DNA of 60,150 nt, filler included, from Jimgerdemannia flammicorona (lineage: Eukaryota), in NCBI GenBank assembly GCA_003990765.1. It is 3 parts of 3 records of this genome, joined end to end, with 100 filler letters (N's around TTAATTAATTAA, not from the genome) between each part and the next. Parts side by side here need not be neighbours in the genome. Positions count along the whole stretch, not along the records: positions 1 to 19,988 come from RBNJ01001786.1; positions 20,089 to 40,075 come from RBNJ01001787.1; 1 more part is not named here. One strand, given 5' to 3'. A program made the translations under genes and the position numbers. The notes under the pieces were generated by a model. It made no database searches, had not been told where the DNA came from, and saw nothing but the letters and a program-made list of their open reading frames with translations. Shown here piece after piece: positions 12,091 to 24,689 of the stretch. Within the stretch, counting starts at the first letter, position 1; each line of letters starts with the position of its first letter.

Positions 12091-12548
12091 TGTGACAGTA
12101 TAGCCGAATTTGGAAGAAGGAAATAGGAAATAGACACTTGATCACACCCATTCCCAAAGTAGTATAGCTTTATAGTTAGCAGTCGCCGATTTCGACATTG
12201 TCTAAATTCTTAGACATTATCCAAATCAAATATCCCAATTTAGTATAGCATTTAGACATTGTCCAAATGTTTCGACAATGTCCAAATAACTCATTTATTA
12301 CTTAGCCACCCTCTCATAGCTAGCAAACTTGTATAAATAACCCAGTATCTTCGAGTGAATAAACCTCAGATCGAAATAGTTCAAAGCAAAGAGATAGCAA
12401 AGGAACTAGTAAGCCTGTGGGCAGATACACTTCGAACTCACCCACCCTCCCCTGCAACTTCAAGAGACTCTGCGAGAGTCAGAACAGTCAAGTTTTCAAG
12501 ATACAGAAATCCGATGTACTTCCAAGAGTAAGCATCTGCTACATTACA
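12091..12548 (+). repeat. 3' LTR of Gypsy family 1
   Basis: Direct repeat of 5856-6313, preceded by PPT AGGAGGAAG (12081-12089). Confidence 0.95.
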
Positions 12549-15491
12549 ATAGGTATTCTTTAACTCTATTAAGCTTGCTTTTTGTTACAATAATGATTAT
12601 ATTATCAATATCTCTTATAGTTTAGGAAGATCTTGGATTTATAGTAGTAATTATTATAAAGGAGATTTAGAAAGTATTCTTTTATAGCTTTGATGAATTC
12701 TCTTATATATTTCTCATAAAAGTAGCTGCTAATTAATCTTTCAAATTCAGTTCTGATTCCTTGAGTATTGATTGTTGAGTATGATGAATGTGTTAAATAC
12801 TTCTTGAATAATTTCATTATTGAGTCTATTAAATTCCTCTTAGCTAGTATAGTTCTCAGTCTACTTAGTGATAATTCTATTGGTCTCTTTGGCTTGATTC
12901 TGGAGAGTAGCCAGAGTGAAGATATTATTTGATTATTATTGATAATATTGATGATATTGACTGATTTATCTATTATTTATAGTAGGTTTCTTGAGAAAAA
13001 CTTGCTTATAGTTAAGAGTAACTTCTACTATTACCAAATTGTAATAAAACTATATATTAATGAAATTAATATATTACAGATAATCATAGCTCTAAGTTCT
13101 GAGTTGTTATATGAAAGTGCTGGGTTCTAATTATCTGTTGCAGTAGTATAGTCCAAGTATTACTTTTGAGTTCTTTTGCTAGTAAAAGTGCTATACTTGT
13201 ATCTCAAGTTGATTAGACTCAGAATTATTAATAGGTCAGATCTGAGAGTTCTGTGATAAGAATACTACTTTATTTTTATATTCAGAGAAAATAGAGCTGA
13301 GATTAAAATACACTCAGTATAGAAGATATTTATATAGATTCAAAGCTATAACTAAATATATTATACTAGATATATCTATATATAGTTATACTATTATAAT
13401 ATACTAGCTCAATGAGGATAAATTACAAGATTGAAGCTACTATATAGATTGGCTTAAGCCCTCAGTTACTTTGTCAAAAAGCAATAAAATATTTAATGAT
13501 TTCTCTCAGAAATAGGTATAAGTTCTCTGTTTTATATAATATAAATAATTTGGGTGATTTTCTTATCAGGCAACAAGTTGGTAATTTGGTAAGTAATATA
13601 GATTCTTCTTGAATAGGCAAAGTGTCTATTGAGTGACCAATTCAATGAAGTAGAAAAGGGGGGATTATGAAGCGTAAAATGTAGAATATGTATAGGAGAT
13701 GAAGCAGGATAAGTTTGGCTATATGGAAGTATATGCCTCCAAGACCCGCCATTCGTATTAGTAAAGGGGGCCTTCTTTTATTATATACTACTAAAAGGGG
13801 ATGGGTGGGAGGGTTACGTGAACTGATTGTAAATACTAGTGACTAATTGCAACTTGGCATAGTATGTATATGCCTGACTAGCTGAGATGCAATGAATACT
13901 TAGTCGCTGGACAGATTACATTGTTACTAACTCGCATTAATGGTTGGCGTATTTTTAAAACACCACTAGCTAAGTTATCTTTGGCGTAGAAAGAGATAAG
14001 AAACTGCATGAAATGAGCTAAACTAAGTCCGCTAAGGGGAAATTGCATGATTGTTCCACATAATGTTAAGTGGCTCTCGGCCACTTTGCTGAAGTTTGAA
14101 TTGTATTCATAACTATATTAGACTTTTTGAAAATAACTCAGATGATATAGATCCTTTCTAAATTAGTAGACTACTTAAAAATAACACAGATGATGCAAAT
14201 TCTTTCTAAACTAGTAGACTGCTGACTTTGTCAGATAAGAGTATTAAAATACAATAGATATCTTCTTCAGGCTTAATTTGGTAAGCAGATCAAAAATGTA
14301 GCAGATAAGTAAAGTTATAAAGATTACTTTATTTATATAAACTGATTTATTTACTGCAAAGATACATCTTATACTAGACTAGCTTTATATAGACAGACTT
14401 GTCTTTTGCTTTGGTTTTCAGACTGAGATTTATTCACTCAAATCTCTGGGGTATTTTATATAGTTGTAATTACTATCTGATTGCTATGTAGCTAACTATA
14501 GATTGCTATTTCTGGTAATATTTAACTATTTCTATTGAGGACATAAATTACAAATTCTGATATAGTATACTAGCTAGAAATACTAATCTCAAGTTCTGAT
14601 ACAGTATACTAGCTAGAAATACTTTGTATTCTTATTTGACTATCTGAGTTATTTATACAAGTTGGTATAGTAGAGCAGTCCTAGTTATCTAGTATATCTG
14701 ATATAGTATATAGCTAAATTATAATAACTAATTTGAATGATAACTTGGTATATTTCTCTACTAACTTATCATATCAGCTTCCACTTAAGAATAGTCTGTC
14801 TTAGATTGTCCTTTAGTCATTATTTCAATATGAGTAGGTATCTTCTACATTAGCTCCTGTTCTATCATTTTCTTTAGTTTCAAAACTACTCTATTTTATG
14901 GACTTTTCTTCTTTGATGAATAATACCTCAATATGATAGATGATGCTTAGGTAGATAGCAGGGGTCATTCTTTAGATATCTCTAAGGCAAAATTGGATCT
15001 GGATTAATACTTTTACATTTTACTTACAGATAGTATAGAGTCTGTCTACTATAATGACATTTCTTCAGATGAGGCCTATAAGGTATCTATTATAGATATA
15101 CTCAGAGATTGAGAGATTTCAGTTATTCTTCAATAATATAGTATATCTATAGCTAGTAGATTTCTAGGAGTTGCTGGACTATAGTGAGGTTCTCTTAATA
15201 AATATAGATCAATTAAGAGTAGTTGTCAATAGTTTCTCTAAACTGGGGTAGGGGAATTAATAGGGCTTGGAGACAACTGAGGATAAGAGTCTGAAGGTAC
15301 TGATTAATTCTCTGAATTATTATGTAGAGATAGATATATCTTGAGATAATTAATATATACCAGAGTCCTTAGAGTATATCTATCTATACTTCTCATATAG
15401 ATACTTATTCCTCTAATATTTTATATAAGATAAGATTCTTCTCATTTAGACTCTAGTTTGGCAGCAAAGTTATTTTGATTATATACATATA

Positions 15492-16566
15492 TTTTTTTTC
15501 TTATAGTCACTCAGACTTCAATATTTATTAATAAATCTATATTAAACAATTCTCATACTACACTAATAACTCCACCCTCTCCTTCCCCTCCTATCTCACC
15601 CCAATATACTCTCTCTCTCCCACTCTCTCTCTCTTAAAAACTATCAGCCCATTAACTACCTCAACTCTCTCATTACTCCTTATAAGTCTCTTCCATCAGG
15701 TATTGATGGTGACTATTCTGAGGGCCTCACTCCTTCTATCAACTGGACAGAATATCTACTATTAATCTCTCTCACTATACCATCCTCTCTCTCAGAACCA
15801 TCTGTTTTCTATTCTTAAATACATATAGCCAGTATCTGGCCAACCTCATCCAGACTACTAATGCTCATCTAAGAGTGAGCCAACTATTACTAATATACCA
15901 TATCAACCTTTCTCTCAAGTCCCCTCATTGGTCGCCTTTCTCATTCTCTCATCTCTCTATTTCTAGGTAGCCTCTAATCATTATCTAGAAGTTCTCAAGA
16001 ATCTTGCAATCACTCAGCCAATGTTTAGACATCTGTATAAATCTCTTTTCATGCTCTATATTATACTCTTTACAATTAAAGACCCTCTTATTAACTAAAT
16101 ATCCTGAGTAAAAGTTCAACATGACATTCCTCCTCAAGAAATACCACTACATCACCCAAAACTTTGGAGAAAGCCACTACTGCACCTCAGTATTCTAAGA
16201 CCAGATGCCAGCTCAGTTTCATATCTCACCAATACCTGCTATCTGCCAGCCAACTGACTACAGATCCTGATCCACATCTCTCTAACACTCTACTTCAGCA
16301 CTAATGTTAAAGTTTATAATAAGAAACTAACCAACAGGAGTCTGTCCCATCTCTATATTACAGGTCTCCATAGTATCTCTTCCTTATTACTGTACTAACA
16401 TAGACTAATATAGTAAGTATCTTTAACTACTCTCCATTAGAATCTCTTATACCATAAGTGCCAGCTATCACTCAGTTCAGCCATTATCAATAAATTATCA
16501 AAAGAGCCCCTGGGGGAGAACCTTGTCTCTCAGACTCTCTGTATTAATAATATCCACCCACTACCC
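15492..16566 (-). mobile_element. 5'-truncated LINE copy (3' part of ORF2 + A-rich tail) inserted in the Gypsy integrase 3' end
   Basis: Homologous to the ORF2 C-terminus; ends GTGACTATAAG(A)n; degenerate ~19-bp TSD CAAAGTTATTTTGATTATA / CAAAGTTGGTTTGATCATA. Confidence 0.78.
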
Positions 16567-17159
16567 CAAAGTTGGTTTGATCATACTTCTCTAAACTAGT
16601 ACTTGATTTCCAATTTTAATCTTCTAATTCTTCTACTTCTAGTTATAGAACTTCTTTTGTCTTTCTTAAGTCTTAATTATCTGAGCTTAGGCTTAATAAT
16701 ATAATTGTTCTACCTTTTTGAAGAGGTCTCTAAGATTTCCATGATCAGCAGTTCTGGTCTTCTTAACAAACATTATTTCAAATAACTTTTATCTGATAGA
16801 AGTAGCAGAGGTATTCTGAATTTCCCATAGGATCTCAGATAAGTAGAGATCCCAGTTTGTAGAATTGACTTGGATAAGTTCTTTCTTAATTATCTAGTTC
16901 ATTTGTTCTATCATATCATTAGTTTGAGGGTAATACATATAATATAGTCTATATTAAGTAGAACTTGTAAATTTGAGTATAATTTATAATTATATTATTG
17001 ATGAATTCTGTATCTCAGTCAGAGATAAGTTCTTCTGCAGGTCTATATCTGAGTGTGAGACTATAGAGAAGACCAACAATAGTCAAGGTATCAGCAATTT
17101 CCATTGAGAAAGCTTTAGGCCATTTGGTCAGATATTCTATATATTTATTTCTTCTTTAT

Positions 17160-17574
17160 TGTAATGTAGTGGATGCTAAGGTGGGCAAGTATATCAGATT
17201 TCTTTATCTTGAATTCTTGTCTTCTTGACTTCCAGAGTCAGTAGTTCCTTGAGGCCAAATGTATTTAAAGAGGTAATCCCAAAAGTCCCTTTATTGGTAT
17301 ACTTGTTCTTTTTCTAACACTTTCGATCTGAGGTTTATTTACTCGAAGATACTGAGTTATTTATACAAGTTTGCTAACTATGAGATGGTGGCTAAGTTAT
17401 GAGTCATTTAGAAAATATCTAGGAACTTAGACAATGTCGAAATGCTATACTAAATCGGGACATTCCATTTGGACAATGTCTAGAAATTTAGACAATGTCG
17501 AAATGCTATACTACTTTGGGAATAGGTGTGATCAAGTATCTGTTCTCTATTTCGATTTCATACCATATATCACA
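17160..17574 (-). repeat. Solo LTR related to Gypsy family 1
   Basis: Reverse complement matches family 1 LTR blocks; TG...CA ends; 4-bp TSD TTAT (17156-17159, 17575-17578). Confidence 0.88.
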
Positions 17575-19119
17575 TTATATAACTAACAAAGGTCTAATAA
17601 TATCTACTTCTAATATTGTCTGGTAATATAATTAGTTATAGTAATATCTGATAGTTTTTTTTTCCTTGATACTTCTAGCAGGTATCATATTTTTTAAGTA
17701 TATTTCTGACTTATATTCTGAGATTGAGTCAATATTGATACATATATTGTTTATAACTTTTCTTCTATATTTACCTATCTTTGGTGGGCTTTCTGATATT
17801 CTTTTTGGATAAGATCTTTTTGTACTTTGACAGTTATAAGAACTTTCTTTAAGGTATAGTTTCTTGGTATACTCTTCCTTTAATTTATTGGAATTAGTAA
17901 AAAAGTACATCAGTATTGTTATGAACTTTTTCTACTTTGTAAATAATGGTAATTTTATAATTATATAAAATAAGAATCCAGTAGATTCCTTATAGTTAAA
18001 TAGCTATTTGAGAGTAGTATGGTCAGTTATCAAAGTGAATCTTTTTCTAATAAGCTAGTGTTTGAACAAAGTGACTGTCTATATAACTATAAGGTATTTT
18101 AGTTTAGTGCTGCTATAGTTAGTTTGCTATTAGTTAGTAGCTTGACTTGTATAAGCTATTACATAGTACTATTAGTTAAATTCTTTCTATACCAAGACTG
18201 CTTCAAGGCTATCTTTAGAGACATCTGTATATAAGATGAATAGTTTCTGTAGATTAGATTATATAAGAACTAATGTTGAGGTTATATAGTACATAAGTTC
18301 TCTAAAGGCTAATTCTTATAATTCTGTCTATTTTTAGGGTACTTTTTTCTTGAAAAAGGTTTAAATTAGAGCAGTGATTTAGGCAAAGTTCTTGATAAAT
18401 CTTCTATAATAGAATACTAGTATCAGAAATAATAGTATTTTCTTTAGAGTCTTAGATACCAGTCTATTAATCTTCTTAGTTTTCTTTGGGTCTACATGGA
18501 TTCCTTCTTTAAAGATAATAAATCTAAGGAATTTAAGTTTCTGTTTTCTAAAGTATATAAAAGACTTCTGCTAGATAGATATTATATTTCTATATTTATG
18601 CTATAATAGTATGATGAGTTATATGGTAGATTGCCATAGTCTATAGTAAAGATATTCTAGTATTTACATATAAAGGAGTTATACTAGTTGCTACTATTGC
18701 TGAGGTGTCAATTCTTCTTTAATATTAACAGAAGACTTTACTTTCTCCTGGATTGCAGAAAGATCTTATAAACTTCTCTATATATTCAATTGAGGTAGGG
18801 CACTAGATGATCTATAATGGTTTTTTTTTTTTTTTTTTTTTGCAGAATTAGGCTGTCTTAGCCTTAGTTGAATGCTTGAGAGTATACAGGATTTATCTTA
18901 TTAGAAAATATATATCTTTTTATATCCAGGTTCTTGATATTCTTATTGAATTCAAAGAAGAGATTTCTAGGATCAGGTAATGGGAAGATTTTGAAGATGA
19001 TCTGCTCTCCTGATTTTAAGATAAGGTTCTTATATAACTTGGCTGGTTGGTAGTATATATACTTATTGAGGAGTATTTTTCTTAAAGTAGTTGATCTGGA
19101 GAAGATATACTTCTTTTTT

Positions 19120-19510
19120 ATCTAAGCTTCTAAATTCTTCAGTTTGTCTTATGCCTTGAGTTAGTTTGGGGACCTCTTATAGTTAGAGAGTCTTAATCTT
19201 TATGAAGATTGTTTGTGCAATCTTTTGCTCTTTATAGATTTAGTTCTATTCTATACTACTATTATTCAGAATAATCCTAATTTCATCTATATATCTAGAG
19301 TCTATTCTTCCTTCTTCTATAGTTATTTCTTGTCTAGTAAGTCCAGATCTTAAGGTTAGTTAGATATAAGTTCATTTGGGTAACTATATAGCTAGTCTTA
19401 TACTAAGTACTATTATTCTTCCAGACTTGATAAATTTATCTCTAAGACTGTGAAAGTTATATTCTATATCTTTCTAATGAGCTTTTATTGGGAGTTTAGC
19501 CTTAAGATAT
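19120..19510 (-). pseudogene. dut: Hypermutated dUTPase domain of Gypsy family 2
   Basis: Reads AKLPIKAH*KDIEYNF...LRSGLTRQEITIEEGRIDSRYIDEI...KIAQTIF...RQTEEFRS, i.e. motifs 1-5 with G-to-A and C-to-T damage. Confidence 0.8.
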
Positions 19511-22442
19511 AGCAAGATATACTGGGCAACATATTTGCTGAGTTTGGATTATTCTTAAGCTGAGACTCCAGTAGATATAAATCTCTATGCTCTAAGGTTG
19601 AGGTATAGCCATCTGACTCTAGTAGAGAGGTCTTGGAGGTAATTGATTTCTCTTTTTTCTATAGAATCTAGGACTTCTATGAAGTTGATAGTATCTCCTA
19701 TCTATCCTTGATAGGTTTCATATCTGATGAGAGCTAGGATGTTATTTCCTAGATCATAGATCTTGAGAGCCCTTTTCTTTAGTTTTCTGGTCTAAATTCT
19801 TCAGATTTAGACTCTGTCATTTCCTCTCTTAAGTATATATATAGTAACTTTTTGGCTGAAATAAATATTCTGATGTAGACAGTCTCAGAAGTCTGGATGT
19901 TTTTTATAATTGCAATATCTCATTGCTTAAAAATATAGCTCTTAGTTATTAACTTCTTGCTATTTTGAAAATTAGTATCTATTTTTTTNNNNNNNNNNNN
20001 NNNNNNNNNNNNNNNNNNNNNNNNNNNNNNNNTTAATTAATTAANNNNNNNNNNNNNNNNNNNNNNNNNNNNNNNNNNNNNNNNNNNNAGATCCTTACTA
20101 CTAAACTGCACTGTCACCCCCCCTGAGGACCCCAACCCACCCACCATCCCTTCAGCAGATCCCCCAACAGCTCCTCTCACCTTGATACCTTCTCCTACAG
20201 CCCCAAACACCACCCCTCCTCAAATACAAAAAGCCAATATCCCACCAGTCCCACCCACACTGCTAACACCCACCCTACAGTGAGCCAGCTATCACTCACC
20301 CCACCCACAAGCCAAGATCTCAAGTCCTCCCAGTGGCCTCCCTCTCCTGCCGGCCTACTCCCCACACCCAGTCTATTCCCTATTTCTACCCAAAATTCCC
20401 CCAAAACCTCACACTCTCCCAACCAATGTTCTGGTATCTGCACATAACCCTCAGCTTACCCAACATTATAGCACTCCTCACAATCGAAACGGCCACCATT
20501 CACCAGGTGCCCAGTGCAGAAATTCAACATGACATTCCTCCACAGCATTCTCCACCATATCACCCAGAACTTGGGAGGAAGCCACCTCTGCACCTCTGCA
20601 CTCCAAGTCCAGATACCTGCCCAGTCCCACTCCTCACTGATCTCTGCTGCCTGCCAGCCACTTGGCCAAAGATCCTGGCCAAGACCCTGCTGATACTCCA
20701 CTCTATCCCCAATATCAAACATAACAAGTGGAGCACCCCCCAGGAGCAGACTCTCCCATTGCCACATACTAGGCCCCCACATCACCTCCCCCTCATCGCC
20801 TTGCCAGCACAGGCCAATCCGGTGTGCTCCATCTACCACTCCCCACCAAAAGCCCTTGAACTGCAGCCACTGAGTTCCATTCAACCCTACCAGAGAGAGC
20901 AGATCACCTGAGGACTCTTGGGGGGAGGTTCTCATCTCCCACACCTTCTGTAGCAGAGGCACCCAACCCCCTTCCTGCAGTTCAGCAGCTCTCTTCAACC
21001 ACCAGGCTTGCAAGCAGTGCAACCTCTTAGGGAAATCCACAAGGCCAAGACCTCTTCTGACCACTGGTGTTGCAAGAGTATCCCAACTGATCTGAGACCT
21101 CCTCCCTGCCCAAATCCAATCTCTAGCCACTTTCATCAGCCTCTTCACCACCCAAGCTAAGAAGTCTAGGTGATAGGCCATGTACTACAGCTTAGGGAAC
21201 CAGTATACATTCAGAGTTATTACCTACCCTGCCAGAGAAATATGGTGGCCTCCCCAACTTCGAAGGGCCTCTCCCCAAATGGTCACCCTGCTCTCCCACC
21301 ACACTTGTGGCAAGACAGAACCATATACAGAAAGGAAGATACCCAGATACTGCACCACCTCGCCAGTAGGGACAATTGTTCCAATGATATCTCCACCCAC
21401 TAGCCCATTCCCAAGCACTATTGTCTCACACTTATGCCAGTTGAGCTTTGCCCCAGAATGAGTCTCATACCATTCCACTGTCTCTCTAAGTGTCTTGACA
21501 TCCACTACAGACCCAAGTCCAACCACCATGTCATCAGCAAAGGCCCCCACCTTCCACACTATACCATATATAGAGAGCCCTGCCACCTTCTGGCGAATCC
21601 TATCCATCAGCAGCTCCAGTGAAAGGGCATAGAGGATAGGGGACAGAGGGCCCCCTGAGGCACTTCTCTCCCCAAGGAAAATGCCAGACCATAGTGACCA
21701 TTACACATCATTGCCATCTGACTACTCTCCAGCAGGTTCAACATAGAAGCCCAAAATCTTGGAGGAACACCAATACAATCCAAAACCTTGCCCAGCCAAA
21801 CTTGCTGTACTCAGTCATAGGCCTTCTCCTGGTCCAAAAAGACCAACCTTCCATCCAGTCCACAAGCCCAGGCCCCTTCAATGACTCCATGCACCCATGC
21901 AGTCCCATCTCTTATAAGTCTACCTCCAACAAAGCCCCACTGCTCCTCCCCTAGCACCTGTTGGGCAACTTTCTGCAGCCTTGCAACAATCACCTTAGTC
22001 ACCAGCTTCCTATCCATATCCAGAAGCATGATCAGTAGTGCTCTGAATGAATGGAGTTGATCCAGATGAGATTCGATTCAGATTCGTCATGTGATGGATT
22101 CGAATCAACTCAGATTGGTCTTGTGATCTGATCTGGATTGATCCATCTGGATTGACCCATCCGGATTGATCTATCCAGATTGAAATCTTTGGTGACCACC
22201 CTTTCTTTTGTTCATTTCACTCTTGTTTTTTTTTTTCTGCTACACTTTGGTGACATCACCCTTTCCTTTGTTCCCTCTCTTTTCTTTGTTCTTTTTCTTT
22301 GTTCTTTCCTGCCACATCACGAGCAAACAAAACAGCAGCTCTTAATTCATACATTGGTCCAGTCTACTCATTTTTCACCCTGCAATAATTATCAAAAGAG
22401 GGAGTATTTGAGGTGGAAATGCACTCTCTGCTGACAATGTTA

Positions 22443-24419
22443 GATTCTTTCTCATATGGACAGCACACAAGCTGCTCATCGAGAGCCAAAGGGGTGATGG
22501 CAGTAGTGGTGGTGATGGCAATGGTGGGGATGAGAGAGAATTCCGGCAACAACTCACGGCGGCCCTTCGGACCTCGGAATTCACAGACCTCACAGCTATG
22601 TATGCGGTAGCCTTTTTGGAGCAGCTGATAGTAGATATAGGTTGCTCACTCGGCCGCCACTTGTTTACTTGTGTTTATTTAAACTTCCCCAGTACAACCC
22701 AATTCACCTCGTGCTTTTCTTAGGGTCCACAGCTCTATGGCGAGATCTGCTGACTTTATTCACAACATCTGATCAAGATGAAGAAAGGCTGGTGGACGTT
22801 GCAGAGCATGCCTTTGGTGGCCAAGCTGTTGAGTCAATGCATCACGTGGCAGAGGTCTCAAAAGGAACAGAAGCAAGCCTTCATGAGCAATTCTTGTGCA
22901 ACTCATGCAACTCGTCAGCGTACAACTCATCAGCATACAGCTCACTCACTCATGCTCTTTTTCTGAAATACCCATCTCCGTGTTTTATTTAATTTCATTT
23001 TACATGGTCTCCCCTTAAAAAACACCCACACCCACATGCAACCTGCATGCAACCTGTCCGCATGCAACCCACCTGCATGCAACCCACCCACATGCAACCT
23101 GCCTGCAACCTGCCCACATGCAACCCACCTATACGCAACCCATCCACATACTTATCTTGGTCCCTCAGATCAGGGCTCAGTTCCATTGAAAAGGAGAGTT
23201 CAAAGTTATCCAAGTTCAACCACGTCTGGCGTCTGATCAAATAGAGAAATTTGAGGGCAAGATGTTCAGCATGAGCAGTACCAGCATCATCATCAAGGCT
23301 TGGGGGTCTACATTCAAATCAGAGCCAATTGTACTTGACCAAGGGGTCCATTGGCCAGCAGGAGTAACCAATGATGAAGAGAACCATATCTATATTAATG
23401 AATGTGGAGAGGTGGTTGCGATGGTGGTAAGGAACCTCTATGGTGACAAGCTTTGCTACCACATCAACAAGATTTGCGAGGATTGCATCAAATACCAGGT
23501 GGCAGGAAAGATGGGGTGAAAAAAGCAAGGAGGGGGGGTTTGGATGGGAATTGGATATACTGCAACACTAGCGAAGGGTGGGTTCCAGAGATCTGAAATC
23601 CCCTGCACTTGTCTCCCTTTTTTTTTTAACCCCTCCCTAGATAAATCACACTCTTCACCAACATACTCTTTTTGATACAATTCCAGGGATGCATAAGATT
23701 CTGTACCACTACAGGAACTTTAGAAGTGCCGTCGAAGAGCAAACTGCGCACAAGCACAACACGGCCTGTGCGGCAATGGCGGCTATGATCTGGGGTTCTT
23801 TGAGCAGATTGGTAGAGTGTATGGCAGGCCAGCTTGGTGGTGATCTCGGTACAGCTGTACATACATTCTTGGTGCAATTTAGCATGCCATATGAGGTAAG
23901 GAGCTCTGCTTTTTTGGGGTGCTGCAGCCCAGGGGGTTTCTGCGGCCCGGGGGGTTTCTGCCCCCCTGAACGCAAAAAGGACTGACTGGTTGCCATCTGT
24001 TTTGGCAGGTTTCCAAGCTGGGGCTCCTGGGGCTAGACCAAGGGCAGGCATCCACCAGCACAGCCTGGCAGTATGAGGTCCTGGGCCAAGGATTCACCCA
24101 ACCATATGCTCGCATCACATCAGGATATGTCAGACACAACCTTTCTCTGCTCATACACACAGATAACAATGTCACCCTGGTAATGTTTTACATCCCGGAA
24201 AGGAAGGGCCCAATCTGGGAGGATAGTGGTGGAGTCTGGTATGACCTCACCTATAGTTTCGGAGTCCCATTTGCAGCCAATACGGCCATCCTATTCCAAC
24301 CACACAATCACTATAGCACCGTTGCCTTCGAGGAGAGCTCGGACACAACAGTTGTCACACTCACAACGGATGATAGACTCATCAAGGCCTGGGACTGGCA
24401 GGTGGAGCAGTTTTTGTAA
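22443..24419 (+). pseudogene. Intron-containing cargo gene, putative TET/JBP-like 2OG-Fe(II) dioxygenase (two TGA stops; 5' start unresolved)
   Basis: Phase-consistent GT-AG introns 22855-23168, 23578-23686 and 23896-24008. Spliced product has GEVVAMVVRNL, GGGVWMGIGY, HxD (IHTD, 24156-24164), GGVWY, and TAILFQPHNHYST (distal His region). Confidence 0.6.
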
Positions 24420-24689
24420 GGGTTAGGCAATCTTTTGTAAGGGTTACATAGCCATTTTGTACAGGTTGGGCAGTCTTATGTAGGGGGGTGGGGCCGGGTG
24501 CCTCTTATGTAGCACTAGCTTAGCCGTTATGCAGGGCCCTACCAGCCCCTTGGCCCTGCTCTGTAATGCCACTGGTGCAGCACTGCGGCACAGGGCTGGG
24601 GTGCCCATGGGACCTGAACCAGTGACTTTGACCACCAGAAATGCCCTCTGACTATCAGAAGCACCCTCCAACTGCCAGAAGCACCCTCC

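Larger units (their letters stand above)
5856..12548 (+). mobile_element. Full-length Ty3/Gypsy LTR retrotransposon (family 1) with dUTPase and an extra 3' ORF
   Basis: Two 458-bp LTRs TG...CA; 4-bp TSD ATAG (5852-5855, 12549-12552); PBS-like TGG after the 5' LTR; PPT before the 3' LTR; order gag-PR-dUTPase-RT-RH-IN. Confidence 0.96.
13395..19980 (-). mobile_element. Decayed Gypsy family 2 copy (3' LTR ~13395-14776, ORF3 relic, IN, RH/RT, dUTPase relic) with nested insertions
   Basis: LTR and PPT homologous to 50072-51462; RH read FILYTDVS; IN remnants; dUTPase remnant; interrupted by a LINE fragment and a solo LTR. Confidence 0.8.

Noticed and set aside
19989..20088. TTAATTAATTAA palindrome embedded in an N-run (also 40076-40175)
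   Set aside because: Scaffolding linker with stops in all six frames; an assembly artefact.
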